From the sequence record SRR22947725_2658: a DNA stretch of 47,045 nt; one strand, written 5' to 3'. Made by a program: the position numbers and the translations under genes. A model generated the notes under the pieces. That model saw only the letters and a program-made list of their open reading frames with translations. It was not told where the DNA came from and made no database searches. Of the stretch, positions 1 to 7,943 are shown piece by piece (position 1 is the first letter of the stretch; each line of letters starts with the position of its first letter).

Positions 1-2
1 TC

Positions 3-1385
3 AAGGCCAGGCGGGAGGCTGTTGCGCTTGATATTCAGGAACGAAAACTCGCGGATGTTCCCCTTGAGTTTCAGGAAGTCCTTCGTTCGGCTGTCAGAGA
101 TCCATCGAAACAAAGAACCGAACAGCAAAAGAAATTGTTGGATGATTTTCCGATGGTTAAACCTGTTTCCACGATCATTGGTCTTCTGGTGGAATATGAC
201 GCTCCGTCATACCGGAAATTTGAGAAAGAGTTTGAAAAAGTTGCAGCCGTGCGTGCCAAGAAACCTGATCGGAAAATGATCCTTGCCACTACTGAGCAGC
301 CAGATGTGATTCCGGTAAGTAAGGTTTTCTTTCGGGGGAATCCTGAGAGCCCGACTCAAAAAGTGCTGCCTGGTGAATTGACGGCTCTGAGGCTGAATGG
401 AGTTGATGCTGTGCTGCCTGAAAATGACAAAAACCTTCCTACGACAGGGCGCCGTCTGGCTTATGCACGGCATATCACCAGAAACACGCATCCATTGACC
501 GCAAGGGTTTTTGTGAACCGAGTATGGATGCATCTGTTGGGGCGCGGCATTGTGGCGACACCGGGAGATTTTGGTCTTTCCGGAGAACGCCCCACACACC
601 CCGGGCTCCTTGATTGGCTGGCCGGTGATTTTGTGGGCCACGGTTGGGACCTCAAAAGGCTTGTTCGTCAAATCCTCAGTTCGCATGCCTATCGTCAAAG
701 CTCTGCACGACGCGAGGATCTGCATCGAGTGGACCCGGAAAATATGCTGATGGGAAGAGCCAACCTGAAGCGACTGGACGCCGAGTCCGTGCGCGACTCG
801 TTACTTGTGGTTGCAGGTTTGTTGAATCCACAGCTGGGTGGTGCCAGTTTGCCGGTGACTGAAAATCAGGAAGGTAAAACCGTCATTGGCGTGCGAAAGA
901 TCAAGGATGGATTAAAAGCAGGTGTTGATTCCGGACGGGGGGACGCCAATCGAAGAAGCCTCTACATTCAAATGCAGCGCAACAAACCCTTGAATATGCT
1001 GGCAACCTTTGATCTCCCTCGAATGACACCGAATTGTGAGATACGTCCTCAAACAACGGTAGCGACTCAATCTCTCTGGTTCATGAATGATTCACAAATG
1101 GTCGACTGGTCGGAAAGAATGGCGGAGTCGATAGATGGCGACCTTGATGACGCCACCCCATGGCTTGAGGATTTGTTTGTTCGACTGTTTGCCTCTCTGC
1201 CTGATAAATCCGACAAAAAGATGTGCCTGAGGTATCTTGAATCACAAACACTGCAATTCATCGATGACAAAGACCCCACCTGGCAAGATCAGCTTTCGAA
1301 AGATCCCACGCTTGCACGGAAACGTGCTCTGGCGACCCTTTGTCAGACTCTGGTCGCATCAAATCGCTTTCTTTACATCGATTGA
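3..1385 (+). CDS. DUF1553 (PSD1) domain protein of the planctomycete cytochrome c/DUF1549/DUF1553 family, 5'-truncated by the window edge
   Basis: Frame is open from position 3 (KARREAVALDIQ...) into ORF 135..1385. DUF1553 motifs present: GRRLAYARHI, HPLTARVFVNRVW, GRGIVATPGDFG..GERPTHPGLLDWLA, RLDAESVRDSLL, RRSLY, and C-terminal LVASNRFLYID. Directly followed by a DUF1501 gene. Confidence 0.92.
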   Translation, partial: KARREAVALDIQERKLADVPLEFQEVLRSAVRDPSKQRTEQQKKLLDDFPMVKPVSTIIGLLVEYDAPSYRKFEKEFEKVAAVRAKKPDRKMILATTEQPDVIPVSKVFFRGNPESPTQKVLPGELTALRLNGVDAVLPENDKNLPTTGRRLAYARHITRNTHPLTARVFVNRVWMHLLGRGIVATPGDFGLSGERPTHPGLLDWLAGDFVGHGWDLKRLVRQILSSHAYRQSSARREDLHRVDPENMLMGRANLKRLDAESVRDSLLVVAGLLNPQLGGASLPVTENQEGKTVIGVRKIKDGLKAGVDSGRGDANRRSLYIQMQRNKPLNMLATFDLPRMTPNCEIRPQTTVATQSLWFMNDSQMVDWSERMAESIDGDLDDATPWLEDLFVRLFASLPDKSDKKMCLRYLESQTLQFIDDKDPTWQDQLSKDPTLARKRALATLCQTLVASNRFLYID

Positions 1386-1409
1386 AGTTCACAACCTATA
1401 TCCTATCGC

Positions 1410-2873
1410 ATGCAAACAAAATTGTGCTCCAGAAGACATTTTCTCGCATCTTCAGCTTTCTCCTTAAGTAGTGTGGCAACTCCGTGGTTGCTGCAGCAGG
1501 ACGGGTTGCTTGCGAGTGAGAGTAAAGCGCTGGCAAAGCCCATAGATCAACCTACTTCCTTCGATCTTCTGCCCAAGCATCCCCCCAAACCTGCGCAGGC
1601 GAAAGCCATGATCTCCATGTTCATGTTGGGAGGGCCCAGTCAGATAGATTTATTTGACCCCAAACCTGAACTCTACAAATGGCATGGTAAAAACTTTCCG
1701 GAAGACATCAAATTCGACAATGCGGCGCAAGCGAGTCGCGAAATAATGGCACCTCTCTGGAAATTCAAGCCGCACGGTCAATGTGGAATGGAACTCTCGG
1801 AGCTTGTGCCTCACCTTGGGTCCATCGCGGATGACATTACTTTGATTCGCTCCATGCATACCGGAGTGAACAACCATTTGCCTTCGAATTATGCGATGAA
1901 CACGGGGCAACATCGCAGTGGTCGTGCGGTCCTTGGAAGTTGGTTGCTCAATGCTCTAGGCAGTGAATCACAGGAACTTCCTGCCTACGTCGCTTTGACC
2001 GACCCTCGAGGGCTACCCTTGATTGGCGGGGAGAATTGGAGTAACGGTCCCTTGCCCTCCATTTTTCAAGGTACAATGGTGCGCCCAAAAACACCTCGGA
2101 TATTTAATTTGGATGCACCTCGTCATCTCCGAGGAAAAGCACAGCGGACGCAGTTGGAATTGTTGGATGCACTCAACCAGAAGCATCTGGAGGAGCATTC
2201 AGGTGAAAACGATCTCCAGGCGCGCATGGCGAGTTATGGTCTGGCTGCGCGCATGCAATCGGCTGCCAAGGAAGCTTTTGACATTTCAGGGGAACCCAAG
2301 CACATACGTACCATGTATGGGGTGGATCAGGATGCGACCCGTGATTACGGAACGCGATGCCTGATCGCGCGGCGCCTTGTTGAGCGGGGGGTACGCTTTG
2401 TGCAGATCCTTTGCAACGGGCAGGTGTGGGATCATCATGGATCGATCAAGACCGCTTTGCCTCAACGATGCGCTGAAATTGATCAACCGGCTGCCGCCCT
2501 GGTGAAGGATCTCAAACAGCGTGGATTACTGGACTCGACCCTTGTCCATTGGGGTGGGGAAATGGGGCGTTTGCCGGTGATTCAATTTCGTGAAGGATTG
2601 GATCGGCGCGATAAAGTGGGGCGCGATCACAATACCTACGGTTTCAGCATGTGGGTGGCTGGCGGCGGAATGAAGCGAGGATATGTGCACGGGCAAACGG
2701 ATGAGTTTTCCCACCATGCAATAGACGGAATCGTGCATCATTATGATTGGCTGGCCACGGTGCTTCATCAATTTGGACTGAATCATCATGAACTGGCTTT
2801 CCGTAGTGGTCCGCGGGAATTTAAACTGGTCGATCAACCCGAAGCGAAAGTGGTAAAAGAACTTTTAGTATAG
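1410..2873 (+). CDS. DUF1501 family protein (Tat-signal)
   Basis: SRRHFL twin-arginine motif; FMLGGPSQIDLFDPKP, LIRSMHT, CLIARRLVERGVRFVQ, WDHH, DLKQRGLLDSTLVHWGGEMGR, GRDH; 24 bp downstream of the DUF1553 gene. Confidence 0.95.
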   Translation: MQTKLCSRRHFLASSAFSLSSVATPWLLQQDGLLASESKALAKPIDQPTSFDLLPKHPPKPAQAKAMISMFMLGGPSQIDLFDPKPELYKWHGKNFPEDIKFDNAAQASREIMAPLWKFKPHGQCGMELSELVPHLGSIADDITLIRSMHTGVNNHLPSNYAMNTGQHRSGRAVLGSWLLNALGSESQELPAYVALTDPRGLPLIGGENWSNGPLPSIFQGTMVRPKTPRIFNLDAPRHLRGKAQRTQLELLDALNQKHLEEHSGENDLQARMASYGLAARMQSAAKEAFDISGEPKHIRTMYGVDQDATRDYGTRCLIARRLVERGVRFVQILCNGQVWDHHGSIKTALPQRCAEIDQPAAALVKDLKQRGLLDSTLVHWGGEMGRLPVIQFREGLDRRDKVGRDHNTYGFSMWVAGGGMKRGYVHGQTDEFSHHAIDGIVHHYDWLATVLHQFGLNHHELAFRSGPREFKLVDQPEAKVVKELLV

Positions 2874-2888
2874 ATTCAAAACCCGCAC

Positions 2889-2917
2889 TTGTTCCTTCAG
2901 GTGATGAAACTTAAACT
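2889..2917 (+). promoter_or_regulatory. Putative sigma70-type promoter for the Gfo/Idh/MocA - PIG-L - hydrolase operon
   Basis: TTGTTC (2889-2894), 17 bp spacer, TAAACT (2912-2917), 29 bp upstream of ATG 2947. Confidence 0.4.
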
Positions 2918-2946
2918 TTCAATAATCTAAATTTAATACACGTTCC

Positions 2947-3978
2947 ATGAAAAAAATTAAAGTAGGTGTCATCGGTTATGGTTGGGTAGCGGGCGCGCAC
3001 ATTCAGGCCATTAATGCGACTTCTCAGGCGGAGGTGTGTGCGGTTTATTCTTCACGTTCTTTGAATTCGGATGCAGTCAGCGCGGAGCACGGCAGCTCGA
3101 TTCAGTGTTATCAGGATTTGAAAGCCATGTTGAATGATCCGTCCATTGATGCCGTATCGGTCTGCAGTTACCCTTACCAGCACCGTGATCATGCGGTTGC
3201 AGCCGCCAAGGCCGGCAAACATGTGATTCTGGAAAAACCAATGGCCCTCTCCTGGAAGGATTGTGTTGCCATACGTGATGCAATCGAGAAGGCGGGCGTC
3301 CTTTCATGCATTTGTTTCGAGTGTCGTTACAGTAGTCAATTTTTAACCACCAAATCTATTATTGATGAAGGCCTCCTTGGTCGCATTCATTATGGAGAGA
3401 TTGATTATTACCACGGCATTGGTCCCTGGTATGGGCAGTATCGATGGAATACCAAGAAGGATGCAGGAGGGAGCAGTTTGCTCTCGGCCGGTTGTCATGC
3501 TCTGGATGCGCTTCTGTTGTGCATGGGCACCGACGTTGAATCCGTGACCAGTCTTTCGACCGGTTCATCAAGCAAGGATTTCAAAGCCTATGAATATGAG
3601 ACGACGAGTGTCACTTTGCTCAAATTCAAAGATGGACGCGTGGGTAAAGTGGCTTCGGTGATTGACTGTATTCAGCCTTATTATTTTCACACCCACCTGG
3701 TAGGTAGCGAGGGAAGTTTGTTGGACAATAAACTTCACAGTTCAAAATTAGGAGGGCTCGACAAAACACGATGGAGTGAGCTTTCCATGAAAATGCTCGA
3801 TAGCGGTGACGTCTCTGACCACCCTTATCAAAGTCAGTTCGAAGCATTCTTTTCAGCATTGAAGAAAAATAAACCCATGCCGTTGACTCATATCAGTGAT
3901 GCTTTGCGCACGCATGAAATCTTATTTGCAGCAGATCGATCTGCCAAATCAGGAGGGCGTACCATCAAGGTGAATTGA
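2947..3978 (+). CDS. Gfo/Idh/MocA family NAD(P)-dependent oxidoreductase
   Basis: KVGVIGYGWVAGAH Rossmann start, GKHVILEKPMA motif, GGSSLLSAGCHALD; no signal peptide. Confidence 0.93.
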   Translation: MKKIKVGVIGYGWVAGAHIQAINATSQAEVCAVYSSRSLNSDAVSAEHGSSIQCYQDLKAMLNDPSIDAVSVCSYPYQHRDHAVAAAKAGKHVILEKPMALSWKDCVAIRDAIEKAGVLSCICFECRYSSQFLTTKSIIDEGLLGRIHYGEIDYYHGIGPWYGQYRWNTKKDAGGSSLLSAGCHALDALLLCMGTDVESVTSLSTGSSSKDFKAYEYETTSVTLLKFKDGRVGKVASVIDCIQPYYFHTHLVGSEGSLLDNKLHSSKLGGLDKTRWSELSMKMLDSGDVSDHPYQSQFEAFFSALKKNKPMPLTHISDALRTHEILFAADRSAKSGGRTIKVN

Positions 3979-4009
3979 AGGGCGTCACGGACCGCATCTA
4001 GAAAGCATC

Positions 4010-4801
4010 ATGCAACGGGATTCAGTATCCAAAACCAATGCCAAGGTAGCCATGGCGATTGCCGCTCACCCTGATGACATTGAATTTATGATGTCAGGTA
4101 CTTTGATGCGTCTGGGGAAAGAAGGCTGGGAACTGCATTACATGAATATAGCCAATGGTTGTTGCGGAAGCATGGAGCATGACGCGCTTACGACATCAAG
4201 GATACGCGCCGACGAGGCCCGGCAAGCAGCAAAATTATTGGGAGCTGTCTGGCATCCCCCCATGGTGAACGACCTTGAGATTTTTTATGAAGAAGCCTTG
4301 CTGCGCCAACTGGCATCGGTGATTCGTGAAGTGGCTCCAGATATTCTATTGATTCACTCACCGGTGGATTACATGGAAGATCACAGCAATGCCTGCCGTC
4401 TTGCTGTAAGCGCTGCTTTTTCGCGGGGGGTGCCTAATTTCAAAACGACTCCTCCCCGAAAGCCTGTGAATAATCCAGTGACACTTTACCACGCGATGCC
4501 GCACGAACTTTGTGATCCTTATGGTAGTGAAGTTCAAGCCGACATGTTCGTTGATGTCACTGATTTGATGGATAGTAAACGAGTCGCACTGGCTGTCCAT
4601 ACCAGTCAAAAACAATGGCTGGATCAATCTCAGGGAATGGATTCCTATTTGCATAACATGGAATCCATGGCGAAAAGGGTGGGGGAGCAATCGGGAGTTT
4701 TTGAATCAGCCGAAGGCTGGCGACCGCACTCTCACATGGGATTTTGCTCTCGAAATGCGAATCCACTCAAAGAGGCTCTTGGTGATCAGTTTGCACCATG
4801 A
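4010..4801 (+). CDS. PIG-L/LmbE family N-acetyl deacetylase
   Basis: AIAAHPDDIE metal motif, R..EA..AA..LG, HSPVDYMEDH, K..AL..H.SQ. Confidence 0.92.
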   Translation: MQRDSVSKTNAKVAMAIAAHPDDIEFMMSGTLMRLGKEGWELHYMNIANGCCGSMEHDALTTSRIRADEARQAAKLLGAVWHPPMVNDLEIFYEEALLRQLASVIREVAPDILLIHSPVDYMEDHSNACRLAVSAAFSRGVPNFKTTPPRKPVNNPVTLYHAMPHELCDPYGSEVQADMFVDVTDLMDSKRVALAVHTSQKQWLDQSQGMDSYLHNMESMAKRVGEQSGVFESAEGWRPHSHMGFCSRNANPLKEALGDQFAP

Positions 4802-5787
4802 CTCCTCCGATCATCGATTTTGAAGCGGCAACATCGGATCTCGATCATTGGCAATCTCAGCGTGAGGAGTTACGGAGAGGATTGCATCAACGACTTGGGC
4901 ATCTACCCGCGCTGCCATCCGAAGTTCAAAGCGAAACCATTGACAAACGAAACCATGCATGCGGAGTGATTGAGAAATTACGTCTGCACAGTGGTAACAA
5001 TTCAGGGATACCTGCCTGGTTTGCGACACCGCGAAACCTCAAGGAACCCGGGCCTGCCGTCTTGTGGTGTCATTGGCATGGAGGAGAATACTCTCTTGGG
5101 AAACAGGAATTATTTGAACAAAAACATACCCCTCAATCACCTCTTCAATGTTTTCTGGAAATGGGATTGTCCATCTTGTGTATTGATGCATATGGCTTTG
5201 GCGAGCGCAATGGTCAGGACTTGGAGTCCTGTGGTGACCACGACCAGGAAGGTGAACACAGTCTGTTCAAACATTTTCTCTGGCAAGGAAGCTCACTTTG
5301 GGGGCGGATGCTTTGGGATGATCGACTTGCCTTGCGTTACCTCCAGCAACGACCCGAAGTCGACTCCAAGCGCATTGCTGCTGCCGGACTCAGCATGGGA
5401 GCCACGCGTACTCAATGGTTAATGGCCTTGGAAGAATCCCTGGCATGTGGCGTAGCGATGGCGTGTATGGTGAGATATCGTGATTTAATGCATGCCCGAG
5501 CATTGCGGCTTCATGGAATGTATTTTTATGTACCGGGACTGCTGGAATACTGCGATCTGGAATCCGTCATGGCATTGGCAGCACCCAGACCTTTGCTTTG
5601 TTTGAACGGAGCCGATGACTTGCTTTCACCTGCAGCGGGTGTCACAACCGTAGAGAAATGCGTTTCCAAGGTTTATGATATGTATGGTCAAAAAGAGCGG
5701 TTTCGATCGGATGTCATTCCTGCAATGGAGCATGAGTGCAGTCCTGCAATGTGGGCGGCCATGCGCTCCTGGATTTCGCAAATTTGA
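4798..5787 (+). CDS. Dienelactone hydrolase / acetyl-xylan-esterase-like alpha/beta hydrolase
   Basis: PAVLWCHWHGG, IDAYGFGER, GLSMG nucleophile elbow, LAAPRPLL..NGADD, C-terminal His (MEHE); ATGA overlap with the PIG-L gene. Confidence 0.88.
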   Translation: MTPPIIDFEAATSDLDHWQSQREELRRGLHQRLGHLPALPSEVQSETIDKRNHACGVIEKLRLHSGNNSGIPAWFATPRNLKEPGPAVLWCHWHGGEYSLGKQELFEQKHTPQSPLQCFLEMGLSILCIDAYGFGERNGQDLESCGDHDQEGEHSLFKHFLWQGSSLWGRMLWDDRLALRYLQQRPEVDSKRIAAAGLSMGATRTQWLMALEESLACGVAMACMVRYRDLMHARALRLHGMYFYVPGLLEYCDLESVMALAAPRPLLCLNGADDLLSPAAGVTTVEKCVSKVYDMYGQKERFRSDVIPAMEHECSPAMWAAMRSWISQI

Positions 5788-6303
5788 AGGCAAGGTTCTG
5801 CAATCAAGGTTTGATGGGTTTTTCAACAAACGTTGCATTATTCTGACCGCACATGCACGGTCCGGTTGGGCAGTGCGAATGGTTCGGATCACACAGCAAT
5901 GTTTCAGATCGTGCATCTCACCTTCCTTAACTGGAAACAACCAAGTAGATAAAATGAGTTCGCGAACACTCTTTTCTCGCAACTGCATGCGATACGGCCC
6001 TGGGTTTTTATTTTTGTCAGGTCTTTGTATATAATTATTTTTCCGAGGAGGGGATTCTTGGTTCGAAGCAGGCGAGCTGAGGGGGTCGATGTTTGAAGAA
6101 AAAAAGTCTCAGGATTCCAACCAGTATGAAAGTCCTTTGAACACTGACATTACAGGTAGACAAGGACGGTTTGTTTTTTAGGTTAATTCACAGGCATGAT
6201 CGCGTCATAGTGCGCATCTATCATCGAACATTGCATTTTCAATCCTTGTGTGGCTGGACTTCTTTATCGACATTGGCTTTTACTTTAAGGTAATCATCCT
6301 GAC

Positions 6304-7197
6304 ATGAGATCATACAGTCTTTTTTGGTTGATTACTTTGTTCCTTGTTTTCCGACTTGATCTTCGAGCCGAACAAACAGAGGCAATACCCGGAAAAACAA
6401 TCTACAAGGATATTTCTTATGTATCCGGCGGGCACGAACGTCAAAAACTAGACTTATACATCCCCAAGGGCAGAGGACCATTTCCTTTGTTGGTTTGGGT
6501 TCACGGGGGAGCCTGGAGAGCTGGCAGTAAGGAACGACCTCGCGGATTGGAATGGTTGGATCGTGGCGTGGCGGTTGCTTCGCTTAATTATCGTTTAAGC
6601 CACCAGGCAACTTTTCCCGCTCAAATCGAAGATTGCAAAAGTGCCATTCGTTGGCTGCGTGCCCATGCTGAGAAGTATGAGCTTGATTCGGATCGAGTGA
6701 TCGCATGGGGAGCGTCTGCAGGTGGGCATCTGGTTGCGCTTCTCGGAGTCACAGGTGATGTTCGCTCATTTGATTTAGGGGAAAACCTGGAGCAATCCAG
6801 TTCTGTCACTGCTGTTATTGACGAATATGGACCCACTGATTTTCTTCAAATGGATGCCATGGATGGGCAAATAGGGCGCATGAATCATAATGCCGAGGAT
6901 TCTCCGGAATCTCAATTGATTGGAGGCCCTATTCAGGAGTATCCCGAAAGGGTGAAATCGGCCAATCCGATCACTTATGTCACTGAAAAAGATGCTCCCT
7001 TTTTAATTATTCACGGAGATGAAGATCCCTTGGTCGCCCACGGCCAAAGTGTCATCCTTCTGGAGGCATTGAATCACGCCGGAGTTCTGACTTCGTTTTA
7101 TACCGTAAAGGGTGGCAAACACGGTTGGTTTAAAGATCTGCAGGTGAGTCAACGGATCGAAGGATTCTTAGTTGACCATTTTGGACTTTCTCATTGA
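6304..7197 (+). CDS. Secreted alpha/beta hydrolase (BD-FAE / HSL-like esterase)
   Basis: N-terminal signal peptide; HGGAW oxyanion motif, NYRLS, GASAGG (Ser), HGDED (Asp), GGKHG (His). Confidence 0.92.
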   Translation: MRSYSLFWLITLFLVFRLDLRAEQTEAIPGKTIYKDISYVSGGHERQKLDLYIPKGRGPFPLLVWVHGGAWRAGSKERPRGLEWLDRGVAVASLNYRLSHQATFPAQIEDCKSAIRWLRAHAEKYELDSDRVIAWGASAGGHLVALLGVTGDVRSFDLGENLEQSSSVTAVIDEYGPTDFLQMDAMDGQIGRMNHNAEDSPESQLIGGPIQEYPERVKSANPITYVTEKDAPFLIIHGDEDPLVAHGQSVILLEALNHAGVLTSFYTVKGGKHGWFKDLQVSQRIEGFLVDHFGLSH

Positions 7198-7391
7198 GTG
7201 CGGAATTAAGAGAATTCACTCTAAAATTTTCAGCCTTTCATAGTGAATTAAACGAAACCTTTTCTAACCAGGCAGGAGTGTTTTCTCCTGACATTCGACG
7301 CAGGCACTATTCAGGAATTGAATGAGATCAGTTTCGGGCGTATGTCACTTCTAGATGTTCTCCACTCTCTTGATGGGAAAGATAGACGCGG

Positions 7392-7943
7392 ATGATTCTT
7401 TGGCTGTTTATTCTTCTGTTTGTATATTGGCCGAAGCTTTCAGCGCTGCCTTTAACTAGGCTTCCTATAATTTCAGATAAAATTCCTATTCACCAACATG
7501 AATCGGCCAGAATAGTTTGGATTGCGAATCCTGTTCCTCTTCCTTCTGGGGCGGTGTTAGATGCAAGCACGATATCCTTTTATCACGGCCGGACATGTAT
7601 TCATTCATTTTTTCAGCCGAACAGGACCGACTTTGCATTGAATTCGAATCCGGGTTTCATCAATGAGGTAAATGGTTTGAGTGGTTCTGTGATTGATGGA
7701 GCATTGTTGCTGTATGTTGGTGAAATCCGTCATTCAAACCAAGTTGAATGGACGATTGAATCATTCACTGATCTTGTGCATTGGGCAGATGTGTTCTCAG
7801 AGTTTGAAGAACAACCTGCTATAGATGGATTGAATTACAGGTGGCCGGAAATTTTCGGGTTCTTTCATGATGTACTTCAAACTGCGTACGGGATCTACTT
7901 CAGAGAAGAAGTCTCTTTGAGCGTTTTTGCATATTTTTGGTAA
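7392..7943 (+). CDS. Hypothetical protein, possibly exported (doubtful)
   Basis: 183-aa ORF with hydrophobic N-terminus (MILWLFILLFVYWPKLSA) filling an otherwise empty 700-bp gap; no recognisable motif; overlaps the 3' end of the DUF2339 gene by 49 bp. Confidence 0.35.
   Translation: MILWLFILLFVYWPKLSALPLTRLPIISDKIPIHQHESARIVWIANPVPLPSGAVLDASTISFYHGRTCIHSFFQPNRTDFALNSNPGFINEVNGLSGSVIDGALLLYVGEIRHSNQVEWTIESFTDLVHWADVFSEFEEQPAIDGLNYRWPEIFGFFHDVLQTAYGIYFREEVSLSVFAYFW

Noticed and set aside
5788..6303. 516-bp intergenic region with overlapping ORFs 5626..5988 and 5675..6034
   Set aside because: Both overlap the hydrolase gene and have no recognisable motifs; no RNA family, repeat array or IS end was recognised.
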